In this document: positions 36,442 to 44,674 of the stretch, piece after piece
Layout: each line of letters begins with the position of its first letter
How positions within the stretch are numbered: the stretch's first letter is position 1
IMG/VR virus record: IMGVR_UViG_3300045988_052571
Length of the DNA: 55,308 nt
Strand: one strand, 5' to 3'
From: a virus
Notes under the pieces: generated by a model
Told to the model about the DNA's origin: nothing
Seen by the model: the letters and a program-made list of their open reading frames with translations, nothing else
The model's database searches: none
Made by a program: the position numbers and the translations under genes

Positions 36442-37268
36442 GGTTGATTCCTCCTGTTCTTCATCCCAGTTTCTTTGCGGTAAAGGCGCACGATCAGATG
36501 GCGGGTGCTGTTTCCCGTGATGATTGGTTCGCAGTAGTGCAGGGTATAGCCGGGGTACATTTTCTCCCAGAACGCACGATCTTCCAGACGGTTTTCGCAA
36601 ACGTCCTTGAGTTTACCGCGGCTCATTTTCCCATCGTTCGGGCGTGGCATTTTGGGCGGTTTCAGCCCGCGGCTCTGCCGCCAGTGCCGTTTACACCGAA
36701 CATTTTTCATGATGTACTTGGACAGGCCCACAACATAGCCGTGGTCAAAATGCAGCGGTTCGCACCGAGCCATTCCCCGGTCGCCCCATGCCTTTTCTAT
36801 CATTTCGCGGGTCAAGCCTTTTGTGTGCTGCATAACGATGTGGTGATGGTGTCTGCCGATCCACCGTCCATCAACATACGTCATATACTCCGCAACGTCG
36901 ATCCAGCCCGGATGTTCGATCCCGGCCTTGTCGCACATACGGTACAGCTTTTTCATTGCGGCGGAAAAATCCTTATCCACACGCTCCATGTCGCCGGGTG
37001 CAGGCAGACGGTCGTTGTCGTAGGTGTATGTAACGGAGTAGTCCGTTCTGCGGAAGTTGCGCTGGATCAGCAGTTCCAGGTATCGCCCGGACTGCCGTAA
37101 ATTGTACGCTTCTTTCGCAATGGAGCTGGCAAGTTCTTTCTTCTTGCGGGTGCTGGCCTTGTGCTGCTGTTCCGTGATCTCGAAAAAGTCAACCTGCATC
37201 GTTTCAGCCGTGGCGTAATCTTTGCCGCAGATGAATTTTTGCTCTCGCACTCTGAAACCGCCTGCCAT
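36438..37268 (-). CDS. HUH-type rolling-circle replication initiator-like protein
   Basis: 276 aa from Met10 (RBS AAGGAGG); GRHHHHIVM (HUH-like) and GLSKYIMKN (Y-x-x-K) motifs. Confidence 0.45.
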   Translation of the reverse strand: MAGGFRVREQKFICGKDYATAETMQVDFFEITEQQHKASTRKKKELASSIAKEAYNLRQSGRYLELLIQRNFRRTDYSVTYTYDNDRLPAPGDMERVDKDFSAAMKKLYRMCDKAGIEHPGWIDVAEYMTYVDGRWIGRHHHHIVMQHTKGLTREMIEKAWGDRGMARCEPLHFDHGYVVGLSKYIMKNVRCKRHWRQSRGLKPPKMPRPNDGKMSRGKLKDVCENRLEDRAFWEKMYPGYTLHYCEPIITGNSTRHLIVRLYRKETGMKNRRNQP

Positions 37269-37331
37269 ACTCTCTACGTCCCTCCTTCCGTTCACGTCAT
37301 GGAACTTTCTTTATCTTGACCCACAAACGAA

Positions 37332-37467
37332 AGAGGGGAACGATGCAGAGGAACAACGCCGGGCCGCGTTTCCTTTGCCCTCTATTCCGATAAGCTGCCG
37401 GAACGCCGCCCTCGTTTTCCCTCTGCACTCCCTTTCCCCGCCGGGGGTAGGTGCATCGTTTCGCTCT
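37332..37467. promoter_or_regulatory. candidate replication origin / structured leader next to the Rep-like gene
   Basis: 16-nt arms AGAGGGGAACGATGCA / TGCATCGTTTCGCTCT (14/16 complementary) enclose about 100 nt; AGAGGGNAA occurs three times (37332 on +; 37375 and 37416 on -). Confidence 0.35.
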
Positions 37468-37591
37468 TCTTTCTCGTCGTGTCCCTTAACTTAGCTTCCG
37501 TATACAAGCCCCTTGCCGCCTCGTCATGGCGGCTATTTAACGACGGACTACTATGTATAATATATAATGTAAGAGGCTTGCTCTTCGGCGG

Positions 37592-37810
37592 TTACTTTTT
37601 CTTGAGGAAGCCGCCAATGATTTTCTTGTATTCCTTGCTACACTCCGGGCAAAGGTCGCGCTTGCGGCCATGGTCGTCTGTCACTTCTTCCCAGTCCCTC
37701 GTCATACGTTCGCGGACACTGTTCATGGTGCTGCACATATCCGTCGGCGCAAACATGGTCTTGCCGCATTTGTCGCAGGTATACTCGACCCCATCCCTAG
37801 TCATTTTCAT
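37592..37810 (-). CDS. zinc-ribbon mini-protein
   Basis: 72 aa from Met34 (RBS GAAAGGAAAG); CDKCG...CPEC. Confidence 0.5.
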   Translation of the reverse strand: MKMTRDGVEYTCDKCGKTMFAPTDMCSTMNSVRERMTRDWEEVTDDHGRKRDLCPECSKEYKKIIGGFLKKK

Positions 37811-37949
37811 CTTTCCTTTCTTTCCATTCCGGGCAGGTGTTCTCCGGGTCTGTAAAATCCGCCCGGTGTTCAGATAAGCCGTTGAAGCATACCCACGAGA
37901 AACTGTCATGCCATGCGCAGGTGGAGCAATTTTCTTCGCTGTGTTCCAT
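37797..37949 (-). CDS. Cys-rich 50-aa mini-protein (not in the ORF track)
   Basis: MEHSEENCSTCAWHDSFSWVCFNGLSEHRADFTDPENTCPEWKERKDEND; RBS GGAGGAAGAG; fills an apparent gap. Confidence 0.45.
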   Translation of the reverse strand: MEHSEENCSTCAWHDSFSWVCFNGLSEHRADFTDPENTCPEWKERKDEND

Positions 37950-38171
37950 TTACTCTTCCTCCAATTTTGTTCCGCATACCGGGCAGAAGTTCAGGTCGAA
38001 TGTTCCATGCGTCACTGTCCCGATGTTCTTCCCGCGCCGCTGGTATCCATGCACCAAAGCCGCCTTATACATCGGTTTTTCTCCCTGTCGCCAGTTTATT
38101 TCACTCTTGTCCACCTTTTTCATGCAGGACAGAAACTCGCAAAAATCACAGTGCTGTTTATTCTCGTTCAC
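37950..38171 (-). CDS. zinc-ribbon mini-protein
   Basis: 73 aa; GTG start with GTGA overlap; CDFC...CPVCG. Confidence 0.45.
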   Translation of the reverse strand: MNENKQHCDFCEFLSCMKKVDKSEINWRQGEKPMYKAALVHGYQRRGKNIGTVTHGTFDLNFCPVCGTKLEEE

Positions 38172-38632
38172 TCTCGCTCCTCCCAGTTCCAGCAAGAATC
38201 TTCCGGGGTCGTTCTGGGTCTTTTTTCCAGGTCGTTGAAGCACGTCGTATCTCGCAAATGCCACCTGCAAAACTCGCAGCTTTTGTGTATGATGATTTTT
38301 GCGCCGCATTCCGGGCAGTGCTTAAACGTGTACTCGCAAAGTTCTTTCTCCCCGTCATCCGGGTCAATCTTGATTCGCTTCCAGTCCTCAATATGGATTC
38401 CGCACTTGTGGCAGATAAATTCGTCGCAATCCAGGTAGTCCATATTTTCGTTGTACGTCAGCGGTTGCAAGCTCTCCGCAGTTATGGTCGGTTCAGCTTC
38501 CAGACTTCCCATAATCAACTTCACCACGTCGATCTTGATTTTTCCATACGTCAGTTCGCCTTTCAAGGCGCACGCTATGTTTTTGAGCACCTGCTCAAAG
38601 TGGTTTGCGTCAACCAGCCGTTTTTCTTTCAC
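38168..38632 (-). CDS. Cys-rich hypothetical protein
   Basis: 154 aa from a GTG start (RBS AAAGGAGGAAA); CHKCG, CPECG and CEFC motifs. Confidence 0.5.
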   Translation of the reverse strand: MKEKRLVDANHFEQVLKNIACALKGELTYGKIKIDVVKLIMGSLEAEPTITAESLQPLTYNENMDYLDCDEFICHKCGIHIEDWKRIKIDPDDGEKELCEYTFKHCPECGAKIIIHKSCEFCRWHLRDTTCFNDLEKRPRTTPEDSCWNWEERE

Positions 38633-38897
38633 TCTTGCTTTCCTCCTTTGGTTCATACTCTCCCGACAGTACCAATGCCATTGCCTCGCAGACTATCGTC
38701 ACCTTGACGCGCTCCCAGTTTTCCCACGGGATGTCTTTCGGGCGGTCTTTGCGCTGACCTGCCGTTTTCTGCATAATCATCTGTCGCATTTCCATGCAGG
38801 CTTCTTTCAGCGCCGGATAGTTTGCCTTTAGGCCGCCCATTTCCATGAAGTGCCGCATAGTATCCAGCATCGGATTCCACGGTTCAGGTTTTACCAT
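38610..38897 (-). CDS. hypothetical protein
   Basis: 95 aa from an internal Met of ORF 38610..39056. Confidence 0.4.
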   Translation of the reverse strand: MVKPEPWNPMLDTMRHFMEMGGLKANYPALKEACMEMRQMIMQKTAGQRKDRPKDIPWENWERVKVTIVCEAMALVLSGEYEPKEESKSERKTAG

Positions 38898-39123
38898 CGG
38901 TTTTTGCCTTTCTCTTGGGCGGTCGTTTCTTCGGTGCTTCCGGGATTGTAGCCGCAACTTCCTTTTGCTTCTGCTGCTTTTCCATTTCCGCCTGGATGGC
39001 CTCAACCAGATTTCTAAAACTCTGTAAGGTTTGAAGCGCCTGCATCTCGAACACAAGCCGCGCCAGCTCTTCCGGCGTTCCTTGTTGGATGGAGTGGCCG
39101 TCCGGGTATATCGTTATCGTCAT
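38884..39123 (-). CDS. hypothetical protein
   Basis: 79 aa; ATGA overlap with the upstream stop. Confidence 0.4.
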   Translation of the reverse strand: MTITIYPDGHSIQQGTPEELARLVFEMQALQTLQSFRNLVEAIQAEMEKQQKQKEVAATIPEAPKKRPPKRKAKTDGKT

Positions 39124-39614
39124 TCCGTACCATCCTTTTCTTTCAGTTCCACTTTCGGCATCGGCTGATCCGAACGGTTTAGCGGGGAGAAGAAGTCGTT
39201 CCACATTCCACCCTCCGGGAAGTCGTGCCACGCCAGGGCATAACGGATCGCCAGCCATACGGATTCTGCCCGGTACGCTTCCCTCAATGTAAACTGGATA
39301 GAAGCTGTCGGCACATTCTGCGTCCAGAGCGCGCGCAGCCCCGCCCGCATACGGTCGCGGAGCCGCATACACTTGTAAAAATCCTGCTCGTGATCCCGGT
39401 TGAATTTCTTCCGTTCCTCGGTAGTGTGGCACTCTTTCTCCATCTGCTCCACATAGTCCCAGCAGCAGACCTCGTTTGTGAAGTCCTCAAACTGGCCCAT
39501 CCGCAGGCGGAGATATTCTTCACACGCTTGCTTTACCGCTTCCGCCGTTTTCCGGCTCATGGTTATGGTTACAGTTTCCACATCCGCCGGGTGTGACTTT
39601 CTTTTTTGTGCCAT
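39120..39614 (-). CDS. hypothetical protein
   Basis: 164 aa from Met17 (RBS GGAAAGGAAAA); overlaps the 3' end of the upstream gene. Confidence 0.4.
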   Translation of the reverse strand: MAQKRKSHPADVETVTITMSRKTAEAVKQACEEYLRLRMGQFEDFTNEVCCWDYVEQMEKECHTTEERKKFNRDHEQDFYKCMRLRDRMRAGLRALWTQNVPTASIQFTLREAYRAESVWLAIRYALAWHDFPEGGMWNDFFSPLNRSDQPMPKVELKEKDGTE

Positions 39615-39951
39615 ACTGGTTTTCCTTTCCGCCAGGCCATCCACGGTGCTGGCCGTGCTCAAACTTTTTCACCATTGCGGCTACCTGAATCGCTTCCACT
39701 GCCAGACTGACAGCCATTTCACGGATTTCTTGAAGTTCTTCCCGCGAAATTGTTTTGTTTGCCTTGACGGCGTTCCACATTCTCTTTTTGACGTGGAGTT
39801 CCAGCGGCATAAGTGCCTGTTCAACTTCTTCCAGCTCTTCCCGGACGATGTTCTGCCCCTCGTGCGGGCTGGCAAAAGGCCGGAACCGCTTGTTTGCAGC
39901 GTTCAGTTCCTTGTTTACCAGCTTGCGAACGTCACTTCTGATTGCATCCAT
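39520..39951 (-). CDS. possible MazG-like nucleotide pyrophosphohydrolase (weak)
   Basis: 143 aa; helical, with a FASPHEGQNIVREELEEVEQAL pattern. Confidence 0.3.
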   Translation of the reverse strand: MDAIRSDVRKLVNKELNAANKRFRPFASPHEGQNIVREELEEVEQALMPLELHVKKRMWNAVKANKTISREELQEIREMAVSLAVEAIQVAAMVKKFEHGQHRGWPGGKENQYGTKKKVTPGGCGNCNHNHEPENGGSGKASV

Positions 39952-39965
39952 CTTTCTTCCTCCGT

Positions 39966-40697
39966 TTATCTGTCCATGTTTTCCAGCCAGTAGATGATTC
40001 CGACCCAGAAGCCGATTATTTGAAGCACCCGATCGCTCAATGTACGGCGTTTCTTCTTTTTCTCAAGCTGCTGCGTCAAAACTGCTATGTGCTGCTCTGC
40101 AACATTTTTGCTGATTTCTGCTTTTTTCTGTTCGTCCTGAATCTTTCTTTTCAGGAGATAAATTTCTCTTTCCTGGTATGCGCAAACGCTTTCCTGCGCC
40201 TTGAGTTTTTCCCAGAGCATAGCGTTCACGGCCTCAGTTGTTGCCTTTTGGCTCTGTCTGATCCGTTCCATTTGCAATGCTTTGTCGTTCCAACTTGGGT
40301 TGTCATCTTTCATCAGACACGGCGTACTGTATGTCAGTGTTACTTGTTTTTGTGGCATCTGAGCCATGCTTGGGTATTCCCGTATGCAGAGCTGCACAAG
40401 CACCTGATCCATAGTCATTGCGCGCTTCTGTTCGTACTCCCAAACCCTGCTGTGAATAATCGCCCGCACCAGACTTGCGCTTTCTGCGTCCGCCTTTATT
40501 CCCCACTCGACCAGTTCCTCGAATTTTTCTGCCGGGAAAATGTTATCTTTGAAAAACTCTGCGAACTCTTTTGCCCTATCCGATTCCAGGTAAATCCCAT
40601 CGTGGGTCATAGCCTCGTTATTGAGAAGCTGTACAGCAAAGACCCCTGTTTCTTTGAACCGTTCAATGTCAATTTCCGGCACAACGTATATATTCAT
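39966..40697 (-). CDS. hypothetical protein with a C-terminal TM helix
   Basis: 243 aa from Met27 (ATGA overlap); coiled-coil followed by LQIIGFWVGIIYWL. Confidence 0.45.
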   Translation of the reverse strand: MNIYVVPEIDIERFKETGVFAVQLLNNEAMTHDGIYLESDRAKEFAEFFKDNIFPAEKFEELVEWGIKADAESASLVRAIIHSRVWEYEQKRAMTMDQVLVQLCIREYPSMAQMPQKQVTLTYSTPCLMKDDNPSWNDKALQMERIRQSQKATTEAVNAMLWEKLKAQESVCAYQEREIYLLKRKIQDEQKKAEISKNVAEQHIAVLTQQLEKKKKRRTLSDRVLQIIGFWVGIIYWLENMDR

Positions 40698-40939
40698 TCC
40701 GTTGCCCCCTCGTCTTTGACCTTGAGACCCATAAAATCGGCTACGCCATAGCTTCCGTCGCCGCAGGAATGGCACTCATACAGCGTCGGTTCCATGACTT
40801 CTTCCGGCTTTTTCTGCCTTACGGCCCGGTACATCATGTCCATTACAAACCGCTGGTTGCTCTTTTCTCCGCTGGTTGAGCATTCCACATACTCTTTGCC
40901 GCACAGGCGGCACTTGTATATAGCGTCAAGTCTCTTCAT
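40694..40939 (-). CDS. zinc-ribbon mini-protein
   Basis: 81 aa; CRLCG...CHSCG. Confidence 0.5.
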   Translation of the reverse strand: MKRLDAIYKCRLCGKEYVECSTSGEKSNQRFVMDMMYRAVRQKKPEEVMEPTLYECHSCGDGSYGVADFMGLKVKDEGATE

Positions 40940-41576
40940 CGTCCGCCTCGGTTTCCTCGTTGCCTCCTGTCGGCCAGCACTGGCGCGTTATGTCCACCGT
41001 GCCGTCCTTTAAGCCCTCCATACGCAGGAGCGTCATTGCTTCCAGCAGCGAATCCCGCAGGGCTTCTTTCACGTCCGGCTGCATGATCGCCGCCCGGACA
41101 GAAAATCCGTCCTTTACTACGATGTACTTTTCGCCCTGGCTGGATGTCCGCAGATAGAACGCCATATACGCAGAGCTTGCAAATTCACCCTGCAACGGGG
41201 CCAGATCATCGGCGGTAGCAATGGCAATCACGTTCTTTTGCTCGTCCGTCAGCAGGCGGAGTTCCTGGCCGTGAATCGACACGTCAATGTCCATCGTCAC
41301 CAGCCGGATTTCTCCCTCCGCACTGTCGGTCAGGTTGTATCCCTCAAGCCATGTCGCATCCTCGTCGGTGAAGTCGTTGTAGGCGATATTCTCCATCGTC
41401 TTAGGGCCGATGCCAAACATCATAGCGGTTTCGTCCCGGTCAATGGGCTTCGGGTAGCCGTTCAGGCGGTAGATGCCGTGTGCCGTCATAATCCATACTT
41501 CACGCAGCGGGCCGACGTAGTGAACGCCGCACACCCCGCTTGCCTTGATGTTCTTTGCGATAGCTGCAAGTCTCAT
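40926..41576 (-). CDS. hypothetical protein
   Basis: 216 aa from Met23 (ATGA overlap). Confidence 0.45.
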   Translation of the reverse strand: MRLAAIAKNIKASGVCGVHYVGPLREVWIMTAHGIYRLNGYPKPIDRDETAMMFGIGPKTMENIAYNDFTDEDATWLEGYNLTDSAEGEIRLVTMDIDVSIHGQELRLLTDEQKNVIAIATADDLAPLQGEFASSAYMAFYLRTSSQGEKYIVVKDGFSVRAAIMQPDVKEALRDSLLEAMTLLRMEGLKDGTVDITRQCWPTGGNEETEADDEET

Positions 41577-41758
41577 TTTCTGATTACCTCCACGTCCGGC
41601 TTTTCGGTCTCTCTGAATCTCGGATAAAACGTCATTGCGCACATCCTTGCTTCATGGAGTGCGGCCTTTACACTTGCCGCATCGAGTTTGTACGGCAGAT
41701 ACATTGGTTGCTTCGTGTAGCTGTCGATTCCGTGCAGGGCTATGCTATATCTTTCCAT
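41573..41758 (-). CDS. hypothetical 61-aa protein
   Basis: RBS GGAAAGGAGAAAA. Confidence 0.4.
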   Translation of the reverse strand: MERYSIALHGIDSYTKQPMYLPYKLDAASVKAALHEARMCAMTFYPRFRETEKPDVEVIRK

Positions 41759-41786
41759 TGTTTTCTCCTTTCCTTTTATTTTTCTC

Positions 41787-41834
41787 TGCGGGCAATCCCG
41801 GAATCGAACCGGGCGGTGGGCCTGTCCCTTGCTC
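41787..41834 (-). ncRNA. tRNA-like minihelix / tRNA 3' fragment (T arm plus acceptor 3' strand)
   Basis: Minus strand: GAGCAAG-N14-CCCGG-TTCGATT-CCGGG-ATTGCCC-G; there is no D or anticodon arm. Confidence 0.45.
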
Positions 41835-41867
41835 ATAAAAAAGGAGCCGCCGCGTGGGCGGCTCCTT
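41835..41867 (-). terminator. intrinsic terminator after the SPFH gene
   Basis: Minus strand: AAGGAGCCGC-CCACGCG-GCGGCTCCTT followed by TTTTTAT. Confidence 0.7.
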
Positions 41868-41873
41868 AAAAGC

Positions 41874-42785
41874 TTAGTTGATGCCGTTGATAATGGGGAT
41901 GCTGTTGCCGTCGCCAACGTAGGTAGGCAGTTCGCCGTTCCACAGGGAGTCCACGTTGGTGATCTTGTAGTATTCCAACAAGTTACTATTCAAGCTGTCA
42001 TTCAGTGCACGGTTCGCCTCAGCCTTTTTCTCGGCTACATACAACTCCGCATCTGCTGCCACCTTGGATTTTTCGGCCTCGGCATTTGCGGCGATCAGGT
42101 CAGCGTCCGCCGTGGCCTGGGCCTCGACGCGGCGTTTTTCTGCGTCCGTTTCCGCCTTTTCCTTTTCCTGCTGGGCTTTTACCTTTGCCTCCACCGCATC
42201 GGTGAATGTGTCGGTGAAGTCAAAATTCGTCACGGAAATGTACTGCAAGTCGATGTTGTACTCTGTCAGCACCTCGCGGAGTTTTGCATCCATCTGCGCC
42301 GCTACCGCATCCCGGTTTGAAATGAGGCTGCTTGCATCGTAGTGCGCCACCACCGCTTTCACCGTTTCCAGCACGCGGGGAGTAATCAGCGTGTCCTCGT
42401 ACTTCTTGCCAACGGACTTATAAATCGTCATGGCGTTGGCCTGGTTGATACGGTAGCCAACGGATACGCTGGTTGAGACCTCCTGAATGTCAGAAGAGAA
42501 CGCAGATAAATCCATGCTCATTTCCTGCACCCGGTTGTCCATCTTCACAATGGACTGCCAGGGCTGTTTGAACACGATACCTGCGTCCTTTGTACCGTCC
42601 TCGACTTTGCCAAAGGTCGTAACGATGCCCGTATAGCCAGTAGGGACGTAGGACACGCAGGAAATGCCGATCATAACCACGGCGACCACCGCCGGGATAA
42701 TTGCGCTGTTCTTGTATTCTTTTGCCAGGAGCAGCACTGCCAGCGCAAACAGGGCGGCGACCACACCGATGATGAAGAAAATCAT
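41874..42785 (-). CDS. SPFH/band-7 (prohibitin/HflC-like) membrane protein
   Basis: 303 aa; N-terminal TM helices, an SPFH-like core (GIVTTFGKVEDG...), and an Ala/Glu/Lys coiled-coil. Confidence 0.7.
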   Translation of the reverse strand: MIFFIIGVVAALFALAVLLLAKEYKNSAIIPAVVAVVMIGISCVSYVPTGYTGIVTTFGKVEDGTKDAGIVFKQPWQSIVKMDNRVQEMSMDLSAFSSDIQEVSTSVSVGYRINQANAMTIYKSVGKKYEDTLITPRVLETVKAVVAHYDASSLISNRDAVAAQMDAKLREVLTEYNIDLQYISVTNFDFTDTFTDAVEAKVKAQQEKEKAETDAEKRRVEAQATADADLIAANAEAEKSKVAADAELYVAEKKAEANRALNDSLNSNLLEYYKITNVDSLWNGELPTYVGDGNSIPIINGIN

Positions 42786-42863
42786 GTTTCCTCGCTTTCG
42801 CTCATTCGTTTATGTACGGGCGGAAGTTCTGTTGAATCTGATCGTGGCAGGTACGGTCTCCAC

Positions 42864-43286
42864 TTATTTTTTGCCATCTTTTTTGTTCCTCTGCGGCTTC
42901 TTCTGTTCGGCCAGGATTTCCGACACGAGTTCAACCAGCCGTTCCAGCTCCCAACGTACTTCATGGAAACCGTATGCGTGTTTATCGTCGTAGGCATAGT
43001 TGAAAATCTTTTCTGCCGCAGTTCTGGACAGGTTATGTCCCACGTCGTCCTGTATTTTCTGGTAGACCAGTTCGTGTACGGCCAACATGGCTTTATTTTT
43101 TGCCGTATTCAGGCGGCCAACTTCGTCCTCAAATTTTTTGTTTTCCTCTTCCAGCTTGTCGCGGTTCCACTTGACTGACATATTTTCGTCGAAAATGTGT
43201 CCGGCCTTATACTTCTGCAAGCCTGACGGCTTGCATGACATTCCGTATGCCCGGTCAAACTCGCTCTGAATTTCATCCCATTCCAT
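42864..43286 (-). CDS. hypothetical protein
   Basis: 140 aa. Confidence 0.5.
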   Translation of the reverse strand: MEWDEIQSEFDRAYGMSCKPSGLQKYKAGHIFDENMSVKWNRDKLEEENKKFEDEVGRLNTAKNKAMLAVHELVYQKIQDDVGHNLSRTAAEKIFNYAYDDKHAYGFHEVRWELERLVELVSEILAEQKKPQRNKKDGKK

Positions 43287-43298
43287 TGTTTCCCTCCG

Positions 43299-44123
43299 TT
43301 ATAAAATCGGCAGTTTCTCATATCCTCCGATAATTCCAAGCGTTTCGCGCCACGGTTCCGTACACCACGGTTGCCTTGTTGCATTCGCCCGGTAATCTTT
43401 CATCAGCATTGTTTCGCCGCAGAATGGACACTTTTTCGAGAGTTTTTCGTTCGGGATTCCACCGCACTGTTTGTGGTGTATTGTCGTGTCGCAGTAAACG
43501 CACCTGTATTCCAGTTCGATTCTTACAGGTGCATTTTTATCAAAGCTAACCGGGAACCTTTTGATCTTCGGATAGATTTTGTTCTCGTGGATGTCGTACA
43601 GCTTATTGAATCCACCCTCCGCTTTCTTCATCCAGTTGAATTGCCCTTTGGCGGCATCGTGCAGGTTCTCGTAGCGGTTCACGGTCACAGGCATACCGTC
43701 GTTGAAGTCTTGGTGCGTTACCCGTGTTTCAAATCTACACGCGCCGCAGGCAATCGGGCGCGTTTCAATCTCGTACCCATTGACCTTGCTTTCGAGTTTT
43801 CCAAAGTCCGTTGCGTCGATGGTGCTCTTTGCACGGTCGTCCCAGTATTCTGTTGCTCCAACCTTGCGTGGATCATTGTTCCAGGTGTCAACCCACGACG
43901 GCAGGTTTTTGTTCACCGCGTCGAACGTCAGACCCCATTTTGCACAGGCCTCCACAGCATCGTTCAGTTCCTTTCCTGTCCTGCACGTCCACAGAATCAG
44001 GGCTGCGCCGTTTTCCTGCTCGGACAGAGCCTTGAAGATAACACCCCAGCGCGGCAGACCGATTTCGGGGTATTTGTTTTCACAAAGCGTCCCGTCAAAA
44101 TCAATCGCAATTACTTTCTGCAT
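43299..44123 (-). CDS. HAD-superfamily phosphatase-like domain fused to a Cys-rich C-terminal domain
   Basis: 274 aa from Met13 (RBS GAAAGGAG); IAIDFDGTL DxDGT motif; C-terminal CVYC...CPFCG. Confidence 0.55.
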   Translation of the reverse strand: MQKVIAIDFDGTLCENKYPEIGLPRWGVIFKALSEQENGAALILWTCRTGKELNDAVEACAKWGLTFDAVNKNLPSWVDTWNNDPRKVGATEYWDDRAKSTIDATDFGKLESKVNGYEIETRPIACGACRFETRVTHQDFNDGMPVTVNRYENLHDAAKGQFNWMKKAEGGFNKLYDIHENKIYPKIKRFPVSFDKNAPVRIELEYRCVYCDTTIHHKQCGGIPNEKLSKKCPFCGETMLMKDYRANATRQPWCTEPWRETLGIIGGYEKLPIL

Positions 44124-44134
44124 TGTTGCTCCTT

Positions 44135-44674
44135 TCATTCCGCTTCCCGGATGATCCACACCCGATGTTCACCGTACCCGCTCCATGCCAGCGCATTTTC
44201 GTGGGTGTCAACAGCCACGTCGAGGTGGTAGCCCTGCACACCTGCGCCCTTGTCTTGCACAATACGGATGCCCACGCCCTCTATGTACAAAACCGTTCCA
44301 TAGGGGAGAAGTGTTTGGTCTGCCGCCACCGTCACGTCCGCCTGGATCGGCTGACCGCTGGCAGTGATTCCGTGTCCCTCTCCGCAAATGTGTTGATACT
44401 GCTCCGTGCAGTACGCCGTACACATAAACGTCCCGGCTTCTTCCAGATAAACCTTGCCGTCTGCCATCGAATCAAGCCGATCCTGCAAGGTGGAAATGGT
44501 TTCTTCGTCCCGGATCGCGCGGTCAGACCAGTTCTGAAACCTGCTTGCGTAGATGTCGCGCTCCTGCGTGAGCTGCTGCACTCTGGCGTTCAGCACCGCG
44601 CCGTTGAATATTGCCAGTCCAAGTGCTGTGCTGCTCAATGCGAGAGAGAGCGTCGGCAGCATAGGCTTTCTCAT
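44135..44674 (-). CDS. 3D-domain (MltA/RlpA-like) cell-wall protein with an N-terminal signal/TM
   Basis: 179 aa from Met10 (ATGA overlap); FMCTAYC...GITASG...VAAD...PYGTVLYIEGVG...DKG pattern. Confidence 0.6.
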   Translation of the reverse strand: MRKPMLPTLSLALSSTALGLAIFNGAVLNARVQQLTQERDIYASRFQNWSDRAIRDEETISTLQDRLDSMADGKVYLEEAGTFMCTAYCTEQYQHICGEGHGITASGQPIQADVTVAADQTLLPYGTVLYIEGVGIRIVQDKGAGVQGYHLDVAVDTHENALAWSGYGEHRVWIIREAE

